Positions 1 to 12,230 of a DNA stretch of 64,000 nt are shown here, piece after piece. The stretch is from Paraspadella gotoi (Eukaryota > Animalia > Chaetognatha): NCBI GenBank assembly GCA_051294375.1, contig CM119268.1, positions 5,631,221 through 5,695,220 of the forward strand, read 5' to 3'. A program made the translations under genes and the position numbers. The notes beneath the pieces were generated by a model. The model was not told the origin of the DNA and ran no database searches. It saw only the letters and a program-made list of their open reading frames with translations. The stretch's first letter is position 1, and every line of letters begins with the position of its first letter.

Positions 1-472
1 TTTAAACACGCGTAACTAACGTGACACTGAATTATTTTAGTTGCTACTTGGTGGTTAATATTATACTATTCTTTGTAGTTATTGATTATACATATGAACC
101 TCGTTCTTTCTTGGCAACGGAACTAAAACGGAAATAGAAGCATAACAATTGATTCAACAAAAATAAATAAATAAATAAATAGTCAAAACATTTTGATTGA
201 TAAGAACGAGAAATTGTCAAATGCTTAATTAGGCCAGAGACGCGATGAGCAAAGACGAGAAACGACCGGCCCAATAAAAGGAATGATAAAATTAAGTGTG
301 TGAGACTGATGAAATATATTAATTAATAATTAAACTTGATAAATTAATAAATATTTTTAACAATTCAGTTATTGAAACAAAAAGTCGGAGAACAAAAGAG
401 ATGAAATCTACAAAAGAAGTAAAAGAAATAAAAAAGACAATTTTCCACAAAAGTAGCGTAACAACGACAGAG

Positions 473-613
<141 letters not shown>

Positions 614-1062
614 AAGGGAGGAAGGGAGAGAAATTTAAATTGAATTTGAATTGAAATTTATTGCATACGTCCGCGTACGGTGTAGACGGTACACACGGCA
701 CAGAGTTTCTCTTTAAAAAAGAAAAGAAAATAAAGCAAAAAACAGGAAAGGGAAGAGCCACTGTGTGACGCACAGTGACATGTTAAAGAGAAAAACGACG
801 GAAAATTCCTGTCGTTAAAATTTCTCGTCGTCGAAGTCTCGTTTCTTGGGGTCAAAGGTTGAGAAGAGGTTTGAGGGTCGAAGGTTGAGATGGGGAGAAG
901 AGAGATGAGAGAGAGAGAGAGAGAGGGAGGGGAGAGAGGGAAGGGAGGAGAGGGAAGGTTCAATGGAAGATGATCAAATATAAGTATAAGTATGAGTTTT
1001 GCCTTTAGCATTCGTACAGTCTCTCTCTCTCTCTCTCTCTCTCTTCTTCTCTTCTCTCTCTG

Positions 1063-1087
1063 NNNNNNNNNNNNNNNNNNNNNNNNN
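1063..1087. other. Assembly gap, 25 N
   Basis: Exactly 25 N. The same length occurs at 13905-13929, 29748-29772, 37534-37558, 59464-59488 and 62071-62095. 10-N gaps occur at 6506-6515 and 29225-29234. Confidence 0.99.
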
Positions 1088-1197
1088 GTGTGTGGGGAGA
1101 GGGAGGGGAAGAAGGGGAGGAGGGAGGAGGAGGAGTGGGGGAAAGAGGGAGAGGGAGGAGAGAGGGATGAGGGGAGAAGGGAAGGGCGAGAGGGAAG

Positions 1198-1235
<38 letters not shown>

Positions 1236-2098
1236 CCTTTCCCTCTCCCTTATCTAACGACTCATGAGTTCGTTAAAAATATCTTAACTCCCAAAAAATC
1301 CAGATTAGGGATGAAAATATCGAGGACCGAAAATATACTAAAGAATAGTCTAAAACAGTTTTTAAAAAAAATAAAATTTATCATTTTCATCGAAACTTAT
1401 GTTCAAAAAGATAATTCTTTATATCCTGGTTTTTAAGGAATGTTTTCCTTTTTTTTTCCAGACGAGAACACTTTTCACGCTCACATGTTCAATTAAACGA
1501 ATAAAATCCCCGCCTTTTTTTTACGGATCGATGTCATCCCTAAAACATTTCAATCCCCCCAACATCCCTCGTTCGGCGCCTGGAACTTCACTTCCCTCCA
1601 ATTTTTCACATTCGAGTTCATCCCTAAATCACTTTGTGCACTCAAAAAAAAAAAAAAAAAAAAAGGATAAAGGGGAAAAAAAAGGAAGAAACAAAGGAGA
1701 TCTAAAAATAGCATCGCTCGACGCCACGAGTAAAATTGATGGCGAAGAATAGAAGCTTCCTTCCTCCCCCCCCCTTCCTCCTCTGCTTGACACTTAAAAG
1801 TGGAGGGAGGAAAGCTGTTGCTTGCATCGGGAAGGAAGCAACGGAAAAGGGGGCGAGGGAAAGGGATAACGTGCTTGGTTTCCGTCGCGGATTGGAGGGA
1901 TCGATTGCTTGTATAAGCCTGAGCTTGGCGAGAAAAAAACCGGGGTTCCATGGACGATAATTTTAAATGTAAAGCTATAATTAATTTATTCGTATATTTT
2001 TAAATTTATTATAATAAGAAAATAGACTAAAATATCAAGTTTCAAATTAGGAGGAAACGAAAGTAGACAACAATAACAACAGTAATAACAACAACAAC

Positions 2099-2323
2099 GC
2101 TGATGCCGACACTGACGCCGACGCAGAAGCAAAGGCAGATGCCGATGCAGACTCCGACCCTAACGCTGATGCTTATGCAGATGCCAATACGGATGCCAAA
2201 GCCGACTTGGACGCAGATTCCGACGCAGATGCCAATAATGATACCGACTCATATGCAGATGCCGACGCAGATGCCGACACCGACGCGTACGCCGCAGCAT
2301 ATGCCGAAGCAGATGCCGATGAC
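2099..2323 (+). repeat. Degenerate hexanucleotide (GAYGCN)n array encoding Asp-Ala dipeptides; possible coding exon 2051-2431
   Basis: About 37 hexamers in unbroken register within a frame open from 2051 to the TAA ending at 2449. There is an AG at 2049-2050 and G|GTAAGG at 2431/2432. Confidence 0.85.
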
Positions 2324-2739
2324 TGCCGATGGTTTATTGGTCTTCGACTTCTGTCGATTTCTCTCGAGGGTCGCGACTCGAGAGGCCGAGAGAGGGAGGA
2401 GAAGAGGAGGGGTATGGAAGGGGCTGACGGGGTAAGGAAGGGGTGGTAAAGGGTTAATATGAAGTGACCTAAAGGCAACGGGGGGTTGCAATGTCCCTCT
2501 GACGGTGTTGGGGGTGAATGCCCGCCACACTTAGTGTTCATGTTGAGTCTGAGAGAAGGTAAGGATGAAAAGTCGTAGTTTTCGTCGTCGTTGTCGTCTT
2601 TATCGTCGTTAACGTCGTCGTCGTTGTCGTCGACTTGATCGTCGTCGTCGTTGTCGTCGACTTGATCGTCGTCGTCGTCGTTTTTAGAGTTTGCGCGTGA
2701 AACGTGTAGAATTTTCAGGAGCGAGGGAAATTGCGAATA

Positions 2740-2915
2740 AATTAATAAACAATAAATATATAAATAAATAAAACAAATTAAAAAATTAAATAAATAAATA
2801 AATAATAAATAAATAAATAAATAAATTATAAATAAACTAAATAAATAAATAAATAAATAATAAATAATAAATAAATAATTAAATAAATAAATAATAATAA
2901 ATAACTAATAAATAG
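2740..2915. repeat. (AAAT)n/(AAT)n compound microsatellite
   Basis: Visible directly in the sequence. Confidence 0.95.
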
Positions 2916-3047
2916 ATGAATGAATGAATGAAAGATTTGTCATTCAATAAAACTAAACTTCTGGATATTTGATTAATTGCCTTAAGTTAAGTTCCAAATC
3001 GGAAGCTCATAGACTCGGGATTCCCAAGGACTTCTCCAGAGTGACCA

Positions 3048-3157
<110 letters not shown>

Positions 3158-3756
3158 GAAAATCGATGCCAGAGATTTTCGGTCCGAGAAAAAAAAAAAT
3201 TTGATCGAAATCTCTTTTGACCTCGAAAAAGAAAAAAAGTAGAAGATGCTCTTTTTTTTTAAGAAAATTAAGGAAAGGATGTCGCTTCGATGCCGATTCC
3301 TCTTTTTATTTTAGAAAAGCTCGAAAAAAAATGTTTATATATTTATCTAAATTAAAACTGAATATGATAGACTACGAAACAATTGTGAGTTTGTAAACAG
3401 TGAATATTTTTATATATTGCGATTTGAAAAAAATATGTTTGTTAGTTGACGTTTGAATCCTGAAATCAGTAATATGAGAAAGTGCATCTGATATAGATTT
3501 AACAATTATCATTTGATATTTAATAGTTTCGATAGTACAATCAATAACGTTTAATCGTATATAAGGATTTTTATATTAAATTTAACAACTTGCGGTGAAA
3601 TTAGATATAAATGACATTTGAGTAAATGTCTGTTGAAAATTCGGCGACGACAGACATTTGACGATGAATGTCTTTTCTGAATCTGACTCTGATCGTCGTT
3701 TGTCCATGAATGACGTCCGGTTGACGTTTGATGGATTCGATTCTCCGAGGACAATT

Positions 3757-3788
<32 letters not shown>

Positions 3789-3888
3789 AGCTACGTCTTT
3801 AATATTTTATATTTTCCTTTGCTTTTTTTCCTTCGGCAAAAGAGAGAAAAGGAAGAAGAAGACAAAAGAGAAACACGAAACCCTTTTT

Positions 3889-4331
3889 GGCTCTATTTTC
3901 CGAAAGAGCTCCATTTCTAGTCCTAATCCCCGAACCGTATTTAAATCTTAATATTTATTATCTAACCCAATTCTTAATACCAATTTTTAACTCTGAACCT
4001 AATTCCTCACCCTAATCCCTGATTACGATTATTAACCATAATATTTAACTTTGTCTCCGAACCCTAAATCCTAATTCATCCCCTGGATTACATATCGTTA
4101 CCCTAATCCCTAACCTAATTCCTAATCTAATCTCTTACCATTATCCCTAACCTTATACTTAATCCCTTTTTTAATCGTTAACCTAATCTTTAAACCTAAA
4201 AATAAACTTAATTCGGAATTTAAACGGAAATTGAGCGTTGTTGGAAAAGAAGCCCACCTTTTTTGCCAAAAATTAAATTGAAGGAAAACAATGATGTTTG
4301 ATTTCCTTTTATGGGGTCAAAAGTATGACCC
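3889..4331. mobile_element. Putative non-autonomous DNA element (Helentron/DINE-like or MITE) with a degenerate (CCCTAA)n-like core
   Basis: Imperfect inverted repeats at 3889-3917 (GGCTCTATTTTCCGAAAGAGCTCCATTTC) and 4227-4254 (GAAATTGAGCGTTGTTGGAAAAGAAGCC) bracket a CCTAA/CCCTAA-rich tract. Flanks are T runs, and a GGGGTCA-N6-TGACCCC hairpin lies at 4313-4331. Confidence 0.45.
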
Positions 4332-4759
4332 CTTGGACCCCTTTGAAATCTCGTCAAAGTTTTCGATTTTTTTTTTTTGCGTCAATCAAATTATCTTCCA
4401 AGGGAATTAAGTATTAGGTCTTAAGATAAAATAGTATAAAAGTTACTATAATTTCATGACAAATGTAAGATACATTGCAACAATAATTTATATTTTCTTT
4501 TTTCTATTTGACATTTGAGTAGTAAATAGAGTACAGCTTAATGCTCTTCAATTTCTGTAAACTACCGAGACGTTATACTTCCTTACTTTCTCGTAGTGCC
4601 AAGGAGGAAAGAAAAGGAACTTCATGAACGAAGCCATTTTTTTCCTTTCCATCTTTTTTTTTTCTCTTCGGTTGAGCAAAAATAATATTTTTTACTCTTT
4701 TTCTTAGACGGATATCTTTACCTGCGGATTTGCATGGGAAACTTTTCTTTAGGAATCTT

Positions 4760-4771
4760 CTCTCTCTCTTC

Positions 4772-4809
<38 letters not shown>

Positions 4810-5470
4810 GTCTCATCTCTAGTCTCTCCTCTGCTCTCTCTCTGTGTTTGTTTCTCTCTCTCTATCTATCTATCTATCTAAATCTATCTATCTACTCTAT
4901 CTAATTCTTCTAAAATCTACTGTATCTAGTCATTTTCTAATCTATCGTGTATCTATCTATCTATCTACTATTCTAACTAAATACTATCTATTTATCTTCC
5001 CTCTCTCATCTCCTCTCCTCTCTCTTCTCTTCTCCTCTTCTCTCTCTCCTTCTCTCTTTCTCTCTCCTCAATTCTCTCTGTCTCTCTCCTCCTTTCTCTC
5101 CTCAATCTCTATCTCCTCTCTCTCTCATCCCTCTCTCCTCGCTCCTCTCTCTCTATCTAATTGTTTTTGGTTCCATCATTTTCACAGACCCACTTCGCTC
5201 GTCCGTGCAATTACGGTCTCTTCTTTGATCTAGCGAGGAAACTAAGGCCTATTCTCCCCTTCTCTTTCCCATTCCTCTTTCTCTCTTTCCTTCTATTTCC
5301 CCGCATCTCGTCTCTCCTCCTCATCTCCCTCTCTTTCTCTCTCTCTCTCTCGCCTCGCTCTCTATCCTCATCTCTCTCTCTTCCCTCTCTCTCCGCTCTC
5401 TTCTCTCCCCCCCTCTTCTCCCTGCTCTCCCTCACTCCTCTCCTTGTTCTCCTCTATCTCGCCTCTCTCT
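4760..5470. repeat. Irregular (CT)n/(CTAT)n low-complexity tract
   Basis: Pyrimidine-rich with frequent single-base interruptions, consistent with an unpolished long read. Confidence 0.9.
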
Positions 5471-5663
5471 CTGCTACAGCCAAGGGCCTCTGCCCACATT
5501 TGCATTAAATCCTACGAAGACAAAAAAAGGAAACCGCACATCGACGAACGTTGCTGTACATTTTTTATTTTTAAAATCCGCGGCGTTGGAAAACGCGGGG
5601 TGTGGAAAGATTATTTGATAGAAAAGGAAAGAAAGAGAAAATAAAGAAGAAAGAAAGAAAGAA

Positions 5664-5699
<36 letters not shown>

Positions 5700-5970
5700 A
5701 AAATGGAAAGTGAGAGGGAAAGAAAGAAAGAAAGAATGAGGCAAAGAAAGAGAAAAAGAAAAAAGGAAAGAAAGAAAGAGATAGGGAAAGAAAGAGCCTC
5801 TTTCGTTCTTTGTCATTCTTTGTCAGCCTTTGTCGGCATTTTTCTAGCCTCCGACAGCGTGGGTCAGCCTCCGTCAGCACTAATCACCTAAAAAGCAACT
5901 GCATCATTTCTAGGAAATGAATGAAAAGGATGACTTTAATTTCGTTTTTCAATCAAGGAAAGAGCGGAGG

Positions 5971-6104
<134 letters not shown>

Positions 6105-6389
6105 GAAAAGAGCTTTGGCTTTTCTTTTAACGTTATCGCATGCACCGAAAGTATTATTATGAATAAACTTAATTGCAGTGCGAAAAATACTAAATTAAAA
6201 AATATGTCCAAAAAATGCTTGGCGACCGGCATTTCGAAAAGAAGAGACAATTCTTAGCATTTAAATTTTTCAAAAAAGTTGGTTTTATTTTATTTTTTAC
6301 ATAATCAAAATCTGCACTAGTAGCAAACAACAACAACAACAACGAGTTAAAGTACGACAACGACTGAATAAAAAAAAATCGCCCCGTCA

Positions 6390-6424
<35 letters not shown>

Positions 6425-7048
6425 ATTAAAATGAAACAACATCAACTCGTGATTCTGAGAGGAAATGTCAACCTGCGTTTCACGCTTGTCCACGAAGACG
6501 ACAACNNNNNNNNNNTAATAAAGACAACAACGGCGACGACGACAATGATGATGGTGATGACGACGACGACAACGACGATACCGCCCCCCTTATTTGAATC
6601 GCAGTGATTCAGTCGAAGAGAACGCGTCTCTCTTCCGTCAGGAGTCGCCTCTGTGTGTGTGTGTGTGCTTGCTTTTGTGTGTGGGTGAGAGTCGGGCCTT
6701 TTTTTTTAAAATTTAATCCAAACGAGAATAAATTAAAAGAAGAAAAAAGTAGAAGAGTTCTGTCTCCCTAAATTGTAAATAAATTTATAGTTTATGTTTA
6801 CTTTTATTTATTTAAATGCTTTTTTGTTGTATTGTATATTTTGAAATAGAAGTTAAAATCCTTATGGTAAACTACGCAATGTTCTGAAAATTTTTATTTT
6901 TAATTCTTTCGCTGAGGAATAAAAGATAAGGAGATAAAGAAAGAAGAATAGGAGAGAAGAAGAAAAGAGACGAAGAGAAAATGAATAGAGAAAGAAAGAA
7001 AAAGAAGAGAAGGAGAGAAAGAAAGGATAAAAGGAAAGAATGAGAGAG

Positions 7049-7560
7049 ACAGGTGAAAATTGAGATGATGATAGACATGACAGACGATGAAATGAGATGA
7101 TGATAGACATGACAGACGATGAGATGAGATTATGATAGACATGACAGACGGTGAAATGAGATGATGATAGACATGACAAAACGATGAGATGAGATGATGA
7201 TCGAAATGACAGATGATGAAATGAGATGATGATAGACTTGACGAAACGATGAGATGAGATGATGATAGAAATGACAGACGATGAAATGAGATGATGATAG
7301 ACATGACGAAACGATGAGATGAGATGATAATAGACATGACAGACGGTGAAATGAGATGATGATAGACATGACGAAAAGATGAGATGAGATGATAATAGAC
7401 ATGACAGACGGTGAAATGAGATGATGATAGACTTGACGAAAGGATGAGATGAGATGATGATAGACTTGACGAAACGATGAGATGAGATGATACTAGACAT
7501 GACAGACGATGAAATGAGATGATGATATACATGACAAAACGATGAGATGACACAGGTGAA
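7049..7560. repeat. Minisatellite of about 15-16 units of 32/33 bp
   Basis: GATGAAATGAGATGATGATAGACATGACGAAAC (33 bp) largely alternates with GATGAGATGAGATGATGATAGACATGACAGAC (32 bp). This array explains ORFs 6862-8064, 6900-7580 and 7130-7402. Confidence 0.95.
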
Positions 7561-7641
7561 GTGATGTTTAACATGAACATGGAATAAAAATCTAAAGTCA
7601 GAGAGAAAGAAAGAGGGTTTTTGAGAGAGTAATAGAATTAC

Positions 7642-7711
<70 letters not shown>

Positions 7712-7716
7712 GGAGT

Positions 7717-7775
7717 GAGAGTGGGCGTGACATCACATTGAAAGTGGGCGTGGCCCCCGTGAAAGTAGGCGTGGT
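7717..7775 (+). promoter_or_regulatory. Three tandem GT-box-like (Sp/KLF) motifs, GARAGTRGGCGTG
   Basis: GAGAGTGGGCGTGA at 7717, GAAAGTGGGCGTGG at 7740 and GAAAGTAGGCGTGG at 7761. Function is inferred only. Confidence 0.35.
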
Positions 7776-7837
7776 TCCGTCGTCGGCGGAATCCTCGTGA
7801 AAACCACCTTTTTACGATTCTGTGAGAATTCTCTCGC

Positions 7838-8040
<203 letters not shown>

Positions 8041-10092
8041 TGGATTACACCAACTCAAATTCACAAGAGAACTGCAGCTGAAGGCGAAACAAAAAAAAAT
8101 ATCTTCTTTCTATTTCGTGAGAAAATTTGATCTCACAACTTCACAGATTTACGTATTCACTAAATTTGACAAACTATTTATTTTTACAAAAGTTCTTAAA
8201 TTCATTACAACGGAATAAAGTAAGAAATCAGTAGCAGAGGTGGTCGAGATAAAAAAATTGGAAGAAATAAGATAAATCAACTTATTTAGAGAATATTAAA
8301 AAAAATTGTTTAAATTTGTAAACAATACTAAATGGAATTTCACATTTAAGGTAAAGTTTGAACAAATAAAATAAATTAATTTTTTTTTCGAGCATCGTAA
8401 GATGTTAAGAAATTCGATGAGCTGATTTTATTTTCTTTCTTACTTCATGAGACTCAAGATTTCAACTCGGTTATTCGTAGCTGTGTCTCTCTGTTTATTA
8501 CATTCGACGCTATTTCGTTCGTTATATTTAACAAAAGTTTTTTGCTAATATTTATTGTCGCCGCGGTTGTCCTCTCGCTGTTGTCGTTGTTGTCGTTGTT
8601 ATCGTCCTCGTCGTAACTCCCGCTGGTGATGCCCCGGTTCTTCTCGATGTCAATGTTGTTTGTTGTCGTTGTTGTTGTTGTTGTTGTGGATATCGTCGTC
8701 GTCGTCGTCGTCTGTTGTTGTTCCCATGTTTTTTTTTTCGTCTCCACCTTATTCGGTGGGAGTTCCCTCGAGATGAGCAGAAGAATAGCGCGAGGGGAGG
8801 AAAGGAAAGAAGAAAGAGAAAGTAGGAAAGAAAAAGAGAGGAAAGGAAAGAGAAAGAGGAGGAAAGGAAAGTGAAAGGAAATAGAAAGAGAAAAGAAAGA
8901 TAAAATGGAGAAGAGGAAAAATAAAATCAAGAAGGAAAGAGATGAAGGAAAAGTGAGAGGCAACGGAAGACAGAGAGAAGAGAGAGGAGAATTAGAAAGG
9001 TAAGATATTAAGATGAACCAAAGAAAAGAAAAGAAGGAAGACATAAAAAAAAGAAAAATTAGAGATGGAAGATATGAAGATGAACCAAAGAGAAGAATAG
9101 AAGGAAGAGAGAAGAAAGAGTAAAAAAGAGAAGAAAATAGAAAAAAAAGAGCGAGAAAATATAGGATACTGGAAGAGAAGTTAGAATATGAAAATAAATT
9201 AGAGATAAGAAAACGTGAGAAGGAAAAAAGAAAAAGAAGTAAAAAGTCAAACGGAGAATCGTTGTTGTTGTTGTCCTCGTTCTGCCGTCGCCAGAGATAC
9301 CGAGGTCTCACTGAAAACCCGTAAGGTTTCGCTATGTCGTCGTCTTGTCGAAGAAAAGAAGGTCATAACTTGTCCAGTAGAGTGAAGCACTGGGGAACAT
9401 AACTTGTCCAGTGTCTAAACTTCAAATTGAGGACTGAGGAGGAAAGAGCTCTTTTATTAATTGTAGGTGTGAAAGAAGTGATAAAGTAAGTGTGAAGATT
9501 GGAAGTGAATGCGGGAGAGATTTCCGAAGATGTGATTCGTAGAAAAGGTGTGAAAGTTGCGAAAAAGAAGGAAGACGAATTGCAATGAGACACGACGACG
9601 ACGACGATGACTACGACGACGACGGCTCCAATGAAGACATTGAGGACGACGTGTACAACGACGACAATGAGGATGACAATTAAAACGACGACGACAATGA
9701 GGACGACGACTACGAAGACGCAATCGCAATAAATTGAATCTCATAAACTGAATAGTGAAAAAAAGGAACAAGTTACATCGACAGCTTCGCCGCCCCACTT
9801 CTCTTCTGGCCCCGTGTCATAAAAACTACTATCATGTTACAAGATAAGGATCTATAAAATTACAATATCTGTGATTTAGATCAGGAAAGTATATTCTGTT
9901 CGTTGAAATGTATATTTCTTGTTGACATTAGAATTAATTTCCTCATGAGGTTATTTCGAAAAGTTTCTCAGCAGTAGCAAAGTGAAAAATACACGATTTG
10001 AGAGAGAGAAAGTAAATTTGAGAGAAACACAGAGATTAAAAAGCGGAAGAGGTTCAAAATAATAATAATAAAAATAAATATTGGATAAAAAT

Positions 10093-10171
10093 AGACTCTC
10101 TCAGTCTCGTTTATTCACTCCCAGAGTACCTGGCTTCCCTATCAATGAAGTGGTATAATATTTCAAAGAAT
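10093..10171 (-). repeat. Short interspersed repeat fragment shared with 18473-18552
   Basis: The ~80 bp AGACTCTC...TTATTCACTCCCAG...GCTTCCCTATC(A/C)ATGAAGTGGTATAATATTTCAAAGAAT occurs at two non-homologous positions of the unit. Confidence 0.85.
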
Positions 10172-10449
10172 GTTTCAATTGTAAGAAAAGACCACTCCGA
10201 TATTGTTCTCCAATCATTGAATCAAATAACCAAATTGAATTTTTTTTTCCAAGACCAATTCCATCCTTTATCCAACCACCGATCTCAAAAAACCCATTGC
10301 AAAATAAAATCCTGACCACCATCTGCAACGATCAACGCTGATTCAAAGTCGATAGAACCGCGAAATCTCGAGAGATGGAATCGAAAATCTGAAGGAAAGG
10401 AAAAACGAGGAAAGAGATCATTTGTAGATTAAAGGAAAACGATCAGGTT

Positions 10450-10535
10450 CATGACGACGACGAGGACGATGACGAAGACGACGACGACGATGCGATTAAG
10501 AAGAAGATAATGACAAAGACGACTATCATGATGAA

Positions 10536-10571
<36 letters not shown>

Positions 10572-10690
10572 GTTGTGATTATGAAGAAGATAATGACAAA
10601 GAAGACTATGATGATGATGATGACGACGATGACGAAGACGACGACGACGACGAGGTTGTGATTATGAAGAAGATAATGTCAGAGAAGACT

Positions 10691-10724
<34 letters not shown>

Positions 10725-10850
10725 CGACGACGAAGACGATGAGAATGATGCTAGCGAAGAATATGATCACGACAAAGACTACGACGACAACGACGATGAC
10801 GAAGACAAAGAAAGGCGACGATGATGAAAACGACGACGACGATGCAGCAA
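10450..10850. repeat. (GAC)n/(GAT)n low-complexity tract with an internal ~83 bp duplication
   Basis: AGGTTGTGATTATGAAGAAGATAATG at 10571 and 10654, embedded in GAC/GAT runs. Confidence 0.9.
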
Positions 10851-10952
10851 TATCAAACATGAGCAACTCACAAATTGGTGTCACAAAATTTCTATGATAA
10901 AACCTCATAAAATTTCATGAAAAATTTTCTGAATCTGGCCTCTCTTGCTCTG

Positions 10953-11019
<67 letters not shown>

Positions 11020-11110
11020 GCTCAAGAGGGCGGATTAAAATTCGGCGGAGTCTCCGACGCTGTCGACTTAGAGAAGAAGAGGAGGAAGAAAGAAAAGAAA
11101 AGAGAGAGAG

Positions 11111-11245
11111 AGAAAAGAAGAAGAGAAGAAGAAAAAAGATAAGAAAAAGGCAAAAAGAAAAGAAGAAGAGAAGAAGAAAAAAGATAAGAAAAAGGCAAAA
11201 AGAAAAGAAGAAGAGAAGAAGAAAAAAGATAAAAAAAAGGCAAAA
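11111..11245. repeat. 45-bp purine-rich tandem repeat, three units
   Basis: AGAAAAGAAGAAGAGAAGAAGAAAAAAGATAAGAAAAAGGCAAAA at 11111, 11156 and 11201. Confidence 0.9.
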
Positions 11246-11822
11246 AGAAAAGAATAAAAAAGAAAATAAGCAAAAAGAAAAGAAAAAAGAAAAAAAGAAA
11301 AGAAGAAGAGAATTAGAAAAAAAAGCAAAGGGCAAAATGAAAAGAAGAAAAAAAAATAAGCAAAAAGAAAAAAAAATGAAAAAAAAAAGAGGAAAAGAAA
11401 AATGGAAAAAGGAGAAGAAAAAAAAAAGAAAAAAAAGAGAGAAAAGAAGAAAGATGGAAGAATGAAAAAGATAAAAAGAAAAAAAAGGAAAGACTAAAGT
11501 ATAAAAAAATAAGAATGACTAAAAAAACTAAAGTGACACATTTAGCTCATAGCAAATCAAATAATATTAACAATTGACAAAGCGTTCAACTACTTATGTC
11601 CACAATTCCAAATAATTAACATAATTTGGAGAAAACAAAATCATTCAATCAAGACGAAAGAAAATCCTAACTCCCCCCTGACCCCCCCTTCCCTCAAAAT
11701 ATCTTCCTACTCCCTCTTTTCTTTTTTTTTCTTCCTCCGATTTCATCGCCTACATTTTCTGGGTCACTGGGTCCAACAGGATCCATAAATCTGCAATTGC
11801 AATCCGGTCGCCGGATTCTCTA

Positions 11823-12230
11823 GTCACGTGACAACCAAGTTGGCCTTTCGGGGATTTCTGGCGTCGCCGAAGCCACTGATGGCGTTTGATTTCGTCCATG
11901 AGCGGATTGGCGTTGATCTTCCGGGGAAATTGTCGCCGTCGAAGGAGGCAAAAGTCATTGGCCACATGGAATAAGTAGCCGTTTCAACTGATTACTTGAG
12001 TCAAAATAATTCTAAGTAACTCGAGAGATTTTATCCAAAAAAGATTTCAAGTTGCCAAAGTCGCGTAAAAAAAAAAAGAGGCAATGGCATCAATCATTCA
12101 TAGATTTCAGGCTTCATTGCTTCCGTCAATGACGTAAATAAAAGAAAAAAAGTGGCAACGAGGACGGCCTCCGTCTTTCGGGGATTTCTGGCGACGCCTA
12201 GGCCATTGATGGCTTTTCTGGCGTCGATGA
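11823..12230. promoter_or_regulatory. Candidate cis-regulatory cluster
   Basis: Palindromic E-box GTCACGTGAC at 11823-11832, two ATTGG (CCAAT) motifs, TGACGTAA at 12130-12137 and a duplicated 39-bp box at 11845/12175. Confidence 0.3.

Noticed and set aside
3920-4210. Telomere or chromosome-fusion scar
   Set aside because: The tract is short, highly degenerate and bracketed by inverted repeats shared with another site, so an interspersed element fits better.
7049-7560. CRISPR-like array (unit length ~32 bp)
   Set aside because: Units are head-to-tail with no unique spacers, there are no cas genes, and the context is eukaryotic.
10917-11465. Lys/Arg-rich 182-aa protamine-like ORF with 15-aa repeats
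   Set aside because: It runs through (CT)n and A-rich low-complexity sequence and terminates earlier in copies 2 and 3.
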